From Trypanosoma brucei (Eukaryota), in contig CM000208.1 in assembly GCA_000002445.1 (NCBI GenBank), positions 1,760,001-1,824,000 of the forward strand: 64,000 nucleotides of DNA, read 5' to 3'. The translations under genes were made by a program, and so were the position numbers. This document shows, piece after piece, positions 32,450 through 43,700 of the stretch. A model generated the notes under the pieces. The model ran no database searches. It was not told where the DNA came from and saw only the letters and a list, made by a program, of their open reading frames with translations. Within the stretch, counting starts at the first letter, position 1. The number at the start of each line of letters is the position of its first letter.

Positions 32450-32689
32450 CTAAACTGGACCTCTGGGATGATTCCCTTTATATTCCTCAAATACACAATT
32501 CCATTCCGCAGTATTACCGTTACTTAGCATTTCAATGCTATGATCTTCGAACACAGATACGCGCACAATTTCAGCAAATCGAGGGTCGAGTACATCACTA
32601 TCAGTTATGTGTTGTGCTGATAATGTAACCCGCTGAGCGTTAGGTTGTATGTTTGCAGCACTGCCAGTAACGGGAGTTGCATTAGACAT
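32450..32689 (-). CDS. Small hypothetical protein (79 aa)
   Basis: Isolated ORF on the cluster strand between low-complexity tracts. Coding-like composition. No motif recognised. Confidence 0.35.
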   Translation of the reverse strand: MSNATPVTGSAANIQPNAQRVTLSAQHITDSDVLDPRFAEIVRVSVFEDHSIEMLSNGNTAEWNCVFEEYKGNHPRGPV

Positions 32690-33958
32690 AATCCTTTTTC
32701 TTTCCTTTCTTTTTTGTATAACAAAAAGATTAGAATTTTCCCTTTTATACCTGTTTGTTTCTGTGCCTACTTCCTTCTTTCTTTAAATTATTATTATGAT
32801 TATTGTCCCGTCGTACGACTCGTGCAGAAGCTTCTAAGTTCCCCCCACCTTTGGCACCAGGGTAAACAGGAAAACGTTTTTTTTTAAAAAAATAAGAAGA
32901 GGGATGGAAAATGTATCAAATCTTTAAAACTACAATTTTAAATTTTTAAAAAAAATGAAAAAAAAACAGCAGCCTAACATTGGAGCCACTATCTCCTTCC
33001 CCTTCACGCTGTATACAGGTTTTACAACACAACGTCCCCTCATTTTCTCCCGTCTTTCCTTTTCTAAAAAGAAAAAACAAAACAAGAGAAACAAAAAATT
33101 GTCTCTTTGCCGTTAGCCCTTTCCATCACAGAAATTACGTTAATAATGTTTTTCGCATCAATGCAAATACAAGTGAGGGAGAGAGAAGAATTCAGAATGG
33201 TAACAAATTTGCAACTGCTGCTCTCATTGAAGGAATCTTCCTTTCTCCTACCACATAACCCTACTTCCACACATGTTTTTTTTTCCCACATAATTTCCCT
33301 CGTAATTACCACTACATTTGAAAAATAAAAGCCCCTACCCAACTCCGCGCTCGCTTCAATGGGAAATGGCACATGGCGCTAAGTAAAATGTTAAGTTTTT
33401 TTCTGCTTTTTTTTCCCCCCCCACCCCTTCCATCTAACACCCATTCAAATGAGGGAAGTTGGACACATTTCAGCCCATTATGCTGAACGGAACCGTAACA
33501 TTGCCGTTGCCACAAGAAAAAGAAGAGGAAGGAGAAAATAATCATCATTATTTTCCTTTTTCCCTTTCTAAAAACAATTAAAAAAAATGGAAAACAAATA
33601 CAGCGGTACTGCGCTCAACTAGTTAAACATCATGTTGAGTACCTTCAGGATGTGTTGTAAACACTCGCCCACGCGTAAAACATCATAGGCTGAAGGAGAA
33701 CTAAAAAGAAAAAAAAAGATAGGAAGGGAGGAAACTCAAGACCAAAGCAAAACAAAAATCTTTCTACACGTAGTCGCATACAAATCACACTTTTTAAGCA
33801 CACAACAACAAAAAAAGGGCAAAAATAAGTCTTTTATACGTATGTTTGTCTATAGGCAGGACGAACATGCAATGAAGACCACAACTGGGATTAGCACCAC
33901 AACTGGGATTAGCACCACAACTGTACACAACCAAGTGAATTCTCCATTTGGCTTAATT

Positions 33959-34645
33959 TTATCCTTCATCAGAATCATCCATATCATTCGACACTAAAGG
34001 TACAAGTAATGTAATGCGCATGACGGCATCCACAAGGCCACCAGGGGCTGCGAAGAGTCGCTCCATTGCGATACGGGACCTTTCATTAAATGCGCGAACG
34101 GCTGCCAGGATTCGCCTCCGGCTTCGTGGGGATTCGTCACGTCCTTCCTCGCTATCATCGGGAATTATATCATCACCATACAAAAGATCCGCAAAAGCCA
34201 CTTCATCATAGTCGAAAACGTATTTCCGCATCAACTCCAACTCATCATCACTCAGCCGCTTGGCAACACTAGTGTTATACCGACACAAATCTCTTGGTGT
34301 GAGAAATGGTGTCCCATCAAGAAATGAGTTGAGTGAGCACCGAAACCGACGAGGCCTCGCTGACATGCGATGACGGTTCGGCTTCTCTGTTAGCAACGCA
34401 CTACTCGCACGTATGGCACAAAATATCATTGATGGATCAAAACACCGCGAGCATCTTCTTGGCGCATTATTACGCATATGTTCGCGTATCCGCCGCAGCC
34501 ATCTCTTCGTGTCAGCAATGCGCTGATCGATGTTTTCACTAAGAAGAAACCGAATAAAAGCTGATGCGTCGGTGCTTCTGGAAGGAGTGCCTCCTCTGGG
34601 GCTTCTGTAAGGGGAAGTGCTACGGCTATAAGTGGCGCGGGACAT
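33959..34645 (-). CDS. Hypothetical protein (about 229 aa), Arg/Ser-rich N-terminus and acidic C-terminus
   Basis: The upstream 118 codons of ORF 33959-34999 translate low-complexity CA/TA/pyrimidine repeats, so I trimmed the start to ATG 34645 (MSRATYSRS...). Confidence 0.55.
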   Translation of the reverse strand: MSRATYSRSTSPYRSPRGGTPSRSTDASAFIRFLLSENIDQRIADTKRWLRRIREHMRNNAPRRCSRCFDPSMIFCAIRASSALLTEKPNRHRMSARPRRFRCSLNSFLDGTPFLTPRDLCRYNTSVAKRLSDDELELMRKYVFDYDEVAFADLLYGDDIIPDDSEEGRDESPRSRRRILAAVRAFNERSRIAMERLFAAPGGLVDAVMRITLLVPLVSNDMDDSDEG

Positions 34646-34794
34646 GACACGGCCCTGCGCAGCCGATACCTTTTGCTGTGAAACTAGTCTATTTGTTACT
34701 CCAAAACTACGATAACAAGAGACGCAAACAAAAAAACAAGAGAAAGAGGGAGGAAAAACACGAATAACAACAAAATAGTAAACGAATTTCCACG

Positions 34795-34832
34795 CATACA
34801 CACACACACACACACGTATATATATATATATA
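34795..34832. repeat. (CA)n-(TA)n compound microsatellite
   Basis: Direct read: acacacacacacacacacgtatatatatatatatac. Confidence 0.85.
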
Positions 34833-35338
34833 CGTGTATGCATATAGAATTTTATATACGCGCGCACAAATTTAATAGTTTCCTTCGTATGCTTAGCGGC
34901 ACATCGTGCAGACATATAAAAAACAAAATAAAAACGAAGGGTAAAAACTGTCAGCAACGCATCTAAACAAGGCAAAGTATGCACCCTTTGGAGCCGCAAG
35001 CGTCAACAGTTAAGCTGAAAATGTTGTGGACATACCAACAGGATAATAGGCAAAAAAAAAAACCTCGCGCTCCTTGCAGGTTCATGTAAGGCAAAGAAAC
35101 GTATGTGCGTCAGTAACGGCGTAGGCGTTGGTCCGACGCAAGACTAAAATATATATATATATACGATGGCAATGTGTGAAGAAATAAAAGCAAGAGGGGA
35201 AAGAACATAAGTTGACTTGTGAGGTGCAATCGTGCTCATACAAACACATATAAACAAACATGCGTGTTTGAACACGCCTACCCAAGTTGTAGAGTGCATC
35301 CACACAAAACAATGTTGTGCGTTGGCGTAATATCGCCT

Positions 35339-36700
35339 TCACCTGTGAAGAAAGTCGATAATAAGCCGCAGAGGTCCCTCAACATACGCCTGCAGGCAGC
35401 ACTTCGTTTCCATCATTTGCATCCACTCTGCCTCACGCAACATTTCATCGAGTGTGACCCGAATAATGTCTTCAGCACTACCACCACCAACACAATACTG
35501 CCCAAGCGGGAAAGAACTCCCGGTGCCTGGAAGGCCCTCCAACGCCGCTTTCGCCCGCTGTATCACCTGCTTTAGCACTCGCCTATCATGTTCAGTTAAT
35601 GGCGCTCGCCCTTTGTTGTCATGCGAGAGACAAGAAGGACGGACACCAACCCAGCGAATGGGAAGAAGCGCAGCCACAACGGATGTCGACAATTCGGGGA
35701 CACGTTCCGCTGGCTGACATCGCCGGCCGCGGTTGATATCCTCCCCGAAAAGTCCCATGAAAGTAAGGGCAATGCGCAATCCATGAGGGTCCCCATCAAC
35801 AAGAACAAGAATCGGCAGCTCAGGTAACTCACGATGAAGGCTGCGAAGAAAAAGACGGGAGGCTCGGCACGGATAGCCCTTACTGCACAAGTAAGCACAT
35901 CGGTCTGAAATAGATTCACTCCCCAGTGCGCTCTTAACATCCGCAAGGGTGTGCAGCGTGCTTTCCTTTTCCACTACAACAAGTGCAGCTGTGACACCAT
36001 TGCCACGACCCGCTCCTGCAGCCCTGAAGTTGTGCGCATGTAAACCAAGTGTTGTGCTGACAAGTACACCGGAAATGTGATGTTTGGCATTGACCTCCAC
36101 AGAAGGCACTTTGGCACTGGGAACGCACGTCGGCAACTCCTGTGCACCACCCGACACTAATGAGGTCGAGGTTGCGGAAACTGTAGGAATGTCAAATGCA
36201 AGGTTTCCAAGAAGAATGCTCTTCCCACTCGCTCCAATACGAAGGTCCTCACGGGTGTAGCGACGGCGCTCACCGGCAGATGATGCTGGTGGAAGCGGGC
36301 AAACACAACTCATCCATCGACAGAGTCGCTCAATGCTGCAGTGGGTGTCGCGCTGTCCGTTTGGAAACAGTTCTGTATTGCGGTAGTACACATCCCGTTC
36401 AGTGCACAGTAAACCCTCCTGAACCATATTAACGACGCAACAAAGCACATGCAAAGCCTGGGCATCATACCGCAATAGTTCTGAGCACCTCCCTCTTAAT
36501 GTTTGCATCTCATCACCCACCGCAGTACCATGGGGGAGTAAAGGCACCTGCTGCCCCTGCACAATGAGACTGAGGAAGTGAAAACTGTGCTTTTGTGAAG
36601 TCCTCGCGCGCGCACCAGTGGGAGGTGGAGAAAATAGAGAAGTGAGATACGCCCGAGTGATGGCCTCCGCCGCGTTCATCACCTCCTTGTCACTGAGCAT
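35339..36700 (-). CDS. SPO11: SPO11 / topoisomerase VI subunit A-like meiotic DNA double-strand-break protein
   Basis: Catalytic-tyrosine motif CTERDVYYRN (family consensus RDIYY). Toprim region LVVVEKESTLHTLA (consensus VLVVEKEAVF), CSKGYPCRASRLFLRSL (consensus TGKGYPD..TR.FL) and LVLVDGDPHGLRI (DxD). Confidence 0.85.
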   Translation of the reverse strand: MLSDKEVMNAAEAITRAYLTSLFSPPPTGARARTSQKHSFHFLSLIVQGQQVPLLPHGTAVGDEMQTLRGRCSELLRYDAQALHVLCCVVNMVQEGLLCTERDVYYRNTELFPNGQRDTHCSIERLCRWMSCVCPLPPASSAGERRRYTREDLRIGASGKSILLGNLAFDIPTVSATSTSLVSGGAQELPTCVPSAKVPSVEVNAKHHISGVLVSTTLGLHAHNFRAAGAGRGNGVTAALVVVEKESTLHTLADVKSALGSESISDRCAYLCSKGYPCRASRLFLRSLHRELPELPILVLVDGDPHGLRIALTFMGLFGEDINRGRRCQPAERVPELSTSVVAALLPIRWVGVRPSCLSHDNKGRAPLTEHDRRVLKQVIQRAKAALEGLPGTGSSFPLGQYCVGGGSAEDIIRVTLDEMLREAEWMQMMETKCCLQAYVEGPLRLIIDFLHR

Positions 36701-37774
36701 ATGGGGAATCTGCTGAGGAACTCTCGTGAGGATAGTGGCAAATAATTACAACACCAGCGATATGTACTATCTTTGCAACGGCCAGAAATGTGTATACACC
36801 CATATAAACAGTGAAAGGGAAGATAGCGGTGAACAACAACAACCAAAATCATTCATTGAAACCGGGGGAAAGCACAAGGAATGAAAAAGGGAATGAATGG
36901 GCATTGACAAATGGTGAGAGCTGCAGCCCCCTCAGATGAATAACAATATTAATGAAGAAGGAGCATGTGTGAAAACAAAAGAAAAAAAAAGAAGAACAGC
37001 ACCCGTAGTATTTGTAATCCGGTACATAAAGAAATGCGCGCACGTAAATAAACAAGTGTATGAACACTTACACTGAAGTTTGAATATCAAAACGTCGTGC
37101 TCGCTGGGCAGACAACTTGATTAATTTGAAACCGTGAAGAATTCAAGCACTTCACAGAAACAACCCGAGAATCCCATTCGTATTAGACATCTTTCCTTCC
37201 TTTAGTCTGAGTCTCTTTGCTAGTTGCGCCCATTCCCCCTTTACGAATGGAAGGATGGCATATAAAACGAATTCTACTATTGACTTCCTTTTTTAAAAAT
37301 TTCTTTCTCACTTTTTTCTACCACTTATCTTTCTTCTACTTGATAATCTGAACGGTTGTACAGGAAACCACGCACCACCTAGGTAGTACACATGTAATGT
37401 TTGGTAATTCTAACATAGAGGGAGGGTGGAAAGCTCAAAAACAAAAAAATGGTCGAAATAATACCAACGGCAATTATTATCCCCCCTCCGTGATAGTTTC
37501 TTTTTTTTTTATTCCTTCGGCTTCCCGTTGGAAAGACCGGAAGAAAGGGGGGGAATCCTCTGAGCCTTTGTTCGAGCGGAATTTGACATCCTCAACATGT
37601 CGTATCTCAATTAACATATGTTTTGCTTACTTTTCTCCTTATTCCTCTGCTCCGCCTTGTTCCGTCCGGATGTTCGCGGTCGGCGACAATTCTATCTCGT
37701 GTCTGCCGGCCTACTTCTGCTGAGGAAAAGGAAGAGGAATGTGGAGGGAAAGAAACAGCCTCCACTACTGTAAA

Positions 37775-40700
37775 CTACATCTGGTGTATCATCGCAAGGG
37801 CAACGCGAAATTCTTCGTATGTCATGCGGCCGTTACCACGTCGCCTCATTCCTTCGAACATCTTTGACATCTTGCCCTTGGACGGAGGCTGTCCAAAGAA
37901 ATCCAACATCTTGATGTCTCTTTCGAAGGCTTCCCCATCGATGGTACTGCGCAAAATGTCGCATATTGAGCTGCGGTTGCCTGCAGACGATGCGGCAACG
38001 CGGGACAAGAGGGAACTGACGTAGCCCTGCTTCCGCAGCTCCTCTTTACACTCGAGTTTGCCGCCATAATGAACCCACAGACGTGGCACATCTTCCGCGG
38101 ACGCGTGCAGAAGACTCTCCCACAACCATCCCTTTAGTGCTGCCTCATCCGAATTTCTGGCGGGATTACCAAAGTAATGCTGTGGGTCGCACACCCAATC
38201 ATCTTCCCTCGATTTCGGTCTTTCGCACTCCACATCGGGCCCATTTCCACTGACCTTTTCATCAAGTCCAATGTGTGCCGGTGCCAGGGGGACAAAAGTC
38301 CCTTCCCTCTCAGTAAGGACGTCAATAAACTGCTTGGTGTCGAGCCCATGCACGAAGCTAAACATGTGACCAGTGTAGTATCCATCGTTTAACTCGTGTC
38401 GCTTACTACCTGTGTAACGAACTAGCGGGTTCTCCGCCCACTCTGACAAGTCGGTGGGGTCATGATCAACGTGACATAACGCACGAACAAGTGGGTCAGG
38501 CGCAAAATCTCCCGTGCCGCACCACAGATCGCGCTCCTTGTACGCTTGCAACGGCCCTTCACTCGCTAACACGACGTTATCGATACGGTTGGGTCTTACT
38601 GGAAGGTCATAATCCTCCCAATCAGAGAAGAGTTCACCGCGGAAAGAAGTGGGAACCGCTCTCTCGGGGTCAGGGTCACCAATGACATCGTGCAGAAACT
38701 TTTTCCAACTGCAGTCCCGCTGGTCCCAGCTCACTATATAACAGTGGACGTCATTGACGCCAGGCTCGCTCTCGATCATGCGTTCGCATTCAAAAGGAAT
38801 AGCGGCGTTGACAACGTAAACATCTTCTGCATGGAACTTCGTTATTTCCATATCGTAGGCAAGATGGACATGCTGCTGTTGCGGGAGGGACCACTTAACG
38901 TAGAGTTGCGAGGGTGTCAACGAGAAGCGGATGAGGGCCTCACGGGCGCCAACAACACGTTGCGACTTCGCGGCCTCTTTCCATTCCTCACCGAACGCGT
39001 CGTAGAAATCGTCCTCTCCACCAGGTGTCACATCCAAATAGCCATTGGTACACGTTGTTGCGTAGAGCATGGGGGAGGAAAACTGTTTTTCGATAAGTGT
39101 CGGGGTCGTTCTCTTGCGAACCTCCCGCTTTATCCGTATACCGTTTTCATTGAGAACCCTCTCCAATAGACCCATCACCTTCACGTTGCCTGCTGCATGA
39201 GGTTTCAAAATGATCATAGCGGTATTCCTGTAGAGCAATGAGGGGCCCGTCTCCGCCGGCTGCGGGGCCCTTGAAGAAACTGTCATGGGCCCTTCGGCTT
39301 CCTCCCCTAGTGTGGAATGTCGCTCCTGCGTTGGCGTGCTAGCGGTGCCATCACGTCCTCCGTCATGAGCACACTCATTAGCGGGGAGTCGCGCCGCTCC
39401 AGTTGGATCAACCTCCTCCTCCTCGCGCTTCAACTCCTCCGACAACGCGGTCATCATAAACATGACACGGGAGGTGTCACATTGGCCAAGATGTTCGAAT
39501 ATGCTCATCTTGATTCCTCCGGACAACACCTCAGGGTTTTCGACCCATGTTTGTAGCACACACTCGAGCACTCCTTTCCGCAAAAGCAAAGAACCAAGAT
39601 AATCTTCTTGAACGGAGTACTTCACACACTTCGTACGCTCTCTAATCGCCTGGATGGCACCTTGACTAACGTGCAGACCGTTACGCAGCTCATCTGGTGG
39701 TTCAGTTATCCCGTAATCTCTCCATCTGCGATTCAGTTGTCCCCGAATGCTCGTTGGCACAGCATCCGCTGGGGACTCGCTCCCAACAACCTCCTCTAAG
39801 AATGTGGGCCAGTCCATCTCACGGGGCTCCCACGACACGACATACCAGTGATGCATCGCCTCAGATGATTCGAGGAAGCATTTCAACCCCGGCATGAGGC
39901 CATTTACGACAAACACGCCATCAAACGGCAACTCAAAAATTTCAAGGCCTGGGCGAACCATCAACCGCCTTGATGCCGCCGTACACTTATAGAAGAGTTG
40001 AACAGGTGTAATGTTACTTAGCGCAACCAGCGCCTCGTACGCGTTTACCAGTACGCCGCCCTCAAGCAGGTTGCACCAACTAACCCCAAAACTCAGCTGC
40101 ACTCTGTCCCTTTCCTTCCGTGACAATTTAATAGTTGAAACATCGCAGTCCGCGTACTCCAGCTCAACAGCGTAAAGGTGCTGAACAAAATCGCGCTCAC
40201 GTAAGGTGGCAGCGCTCACATCACCTTCCTCGTCAATCCGCACCCTCGCGCGCGCAAAGACCGTCTCAACCGTCAAAGCAAAGCCACGGCACAGGGAGCC
40301 GGTCTTCATCAACACAAAAGCAGAGTTACGCGGCGCCTCGGAAAGATGTGCAAAATTCTCCGACTGGAGAAGTTGTAATGCCTCCTTGCTGTTCATCCTG
40401 CGCGCCATATCGAATAGGAATCGGCCGTCGCCACAGGGGGTACGTGGGTTTGTTAGACACCTTCTCATTACGTATGGTGTGATAGACAGTTCATCCATTC
40501 CAAAACGACACACCGCGTCACGTTTGATTCCCAACGAAAGCCACATTTGTTTCAAACGCATCGCCTCCAGAGGACTCGCGGATGCCATCACCGCACCCTC
40601 AAACGAGTCCGGTGGCCGCCGTAGCCCGGCAGCCTTCCACTCCTCACATAGGACCTGCTGCAAGCTTCCCGGTCTGGCTTCCTTAAGGTAAGGATCCCCA

Positions 40701-43700
40701 ATGATGTAATCCATAAAATGAGCGTAATCCATGTCGCTGCTATTCCACGATACTGTCAAAAAATATTTCATGTTGGCCTCACCGCAAAACGTTTCCACAG
40801 TGTGAAGGGCAAACCCGTTAACAACATAAACGTCATGGTCGGGCATCTTACCGACGAAACAGTTTGGGGCTATGCGCGCCAGAGGTTCACACATCAGCCA
40901 CCTATCCCTTAGGTATGCCGCCGAGTAGTCAAACTCCACAGCTGCGTCCACAGCGTTGAACACCTTTCGCGGGTCCCACATCGTTCCAAAAGTGCTGAGG
41001 AAAAGGGACAGGGCCTCCGAGTCGAGTGCATACTGGTAGGGAGATTGTCTGACTGCGTATTTGAATACGCCGTCCTGGACGGCGTGAGCCACGCTGCTTA
41101 GATCCTGATTTCCACCAACCATGCTTCCACTTCCGTCGATCCGTATGTTATAGTGGCGCAGAAAATCGGCGATATAGTTAATCACACGATCACTTGCTTC
41201 CGATGAAGTGCAGGCGGGATTGACCACAATGAAGGCGTAGTTCCGCTTCAAGTTTCCCTCTTCATCCTTCAGGGTTGACGAGGTGTCCCCTTCGGGGCAG
41301 AGAGGCTTCCCTTCCGCCCGCAGCACGCCTTTACATCCGTCAACACACTCTTTTCCAGTGTCCCTTTTCACCTTGTACTCGTGGCTGGACGAGAGCTCGG
41401 GGGGAACCGGCACAAATCTTGGTGCCTGGGGTGAAACGATGTGCATTCCACCAGACGACTGCAGCCCGATTAGTTGCGCTATCAGAAGTGGGTTCTCCGT
41501 GCATAACTTGTCGAACGCATCGCCCATGGACTCCAATGGCTCCTCTCTGTGTCGCACAAGGGGGTTCTCAAGTATCTTACGAAGATACCCGGGGTCTACG
41601 CCACCCATAACCAGTAACCGTCCGAAAACATCCTGTTCCAAGCTTACCCCAAGCCAAGAGACACGATCTGCAAGCCCCTCAACAGGCGTGGCAGAGGCGC
41701 AAAAACCGTTGTCAATACCGTCTGGCTGCCGTTGCAGACCGAGCTCCACCCAAGATTTGTACAGTGTGTGGCGAAGAGATGATTCCTCAGCCTTTTCTGG
41801 CACATCTGTACCGATCACGTACCGGTGGAAATCCCCCCACGTCATTATCTCGCTATCCCATGACACAACGTACCAAGAAACGTGGGAGCCAGCGTACATT
41901 CGCGAACGCAAATAAGGATAGAACCCATTGACAACATAAAGCCCCTCCCTCTCTAAGTAAGCAATGTAAAGGGAAGGAGCCAAGCACACCTTACGTGGTG
42001 CCTCATCCCAATCCTTTAGCAACTGCAAAACGCCAATCCTATCCACCGCCTGCGCTGCATTGATAACCAAATGAAGGTTCATCGCGGTATTCCACGTGAT
42101 ACCGAAGGTAGCATCAAACTCTGCCATCTGTTTTGTGCTGATGGGAATCTCGTGCACTGCGCGTGTCATGGCGTTGCGATAGAGGGTGCACTGCTTGCGG
42201 TCGGCAAGTTCCTTATCAAAGACTTCCGCCATGGGTACGCGACCCGAAGAAATTACCTCAATACGGTGTTGCAACAGTGCTTTTGGGATCCACGCTTCCA
42301 CATGCTTTGTGCATGCGTGCGGTTTGACCCACAGAAATGCGTAATTCATTTTCAAACCGCGCAAAAAACGTGAAGTAATAACCTTCATGCGACGAACCAC
42401 TTCAGAACTCTGTACGTGATACGAAAGATCAGACCTTGTATATTGTGGCAGAAAACATCCGGTTGCGCTCCAGTTCTTCCTTGATGTCCATGACTTCGGA
42501 GGTGGAGACGACGTATCATCAATATTCTTGATCGCCTTTACCCCTTCCTCCTCCTCTTCATCATCCTCATCTTGCGGGTTGCGTTCACCGTCTATGTACG
42601 TCGTAAGCATTGAAAGCGGCACACCTTCCAGTAGGAGGCGCTGTACAAAGTGGTCCTCCGGTAACTGAACGTCCAGCCAAATTTCTCGATCAACGGTACC
42701 CTCCAAAGGACCTTGCGAAACTGAAACGGCAGCAGACCAACGCGAGGCTGGCTTGAATGGCAACCCGAAACCCTTCCACTCATCCGCAAACGTGCGCTGC
42801 AAGCTTCCCTCCGTTGCTTTGTAGGGAATACAGTCGTCACTGAAACCAACCAAGCGCTCAGAGAGGTCGTGCCAAGTCCAAACATCCTCCTTCCACTCCA
42901 CATCAAAGACGTGAGTCACGCTCCCAGGTTTTCCATGGGTCTCCCGAACAAAGGGAACAAAACCATTTAGCACGTATATTTCGTGGTCGGTTAGGTGAAC
43001 CACCCAGCAGTTTGAGTGAAGCTGCACCGGTTGTACTGACTCCCACAGATGAAGGAGCTCCGTTGGTGTTAAACCCAGTACCTCGCAAGCAGAGGTTGCG
43101 CCCATCAACTGTCCACTGATAACACAACCCTCCCACGTATATCCGAATTGTGCATGAAACTGCTTTTTGATCGATGAACTGACGTTTCCGCACATATCAT
43201 CTTTTTTGAAGTCAGCCCAGTGCGCCAGCTTAAGGAATTCATTGCTGCCGAGGTACCGTTTCTCGACGCTTCTGCTCAATAATGTTAGCTCCCGCACCAC
43301 CGCTACATCAGCGGCAGCAAAACAATTCCTCACAGTTTCTATAGTCCACTCGTTGACGGCAAAGGGCCTCAGTACTACCACTGCTCGGTTGACCGATCGT
43401 TCGTTGTACTCTGCAAGAACATGCTGCTCTGCCTCGCACATAAGGTCCACGACTTCAGAAGTTTGTAAGTTCTCTAGAAGGTCAAAAACATGACCGGATC
43501 GCACCCCATCGGCCATTACAACCGCCGGATTCGACCGCCAGCCGTACAGCAGCGCACCTGTCAACCCACGCTCTTGCAGCCGTAGTGTGAGTGGATCGTG
43601 TGTGAGTGGTGATCCGATCCACAGGTAGCGCTCCAGCACTGCCTCCAGCGGACCCGCCGAGGCGTGGACCCCGTTGTTTGTTGTTGTGGGAATGCCCTGC

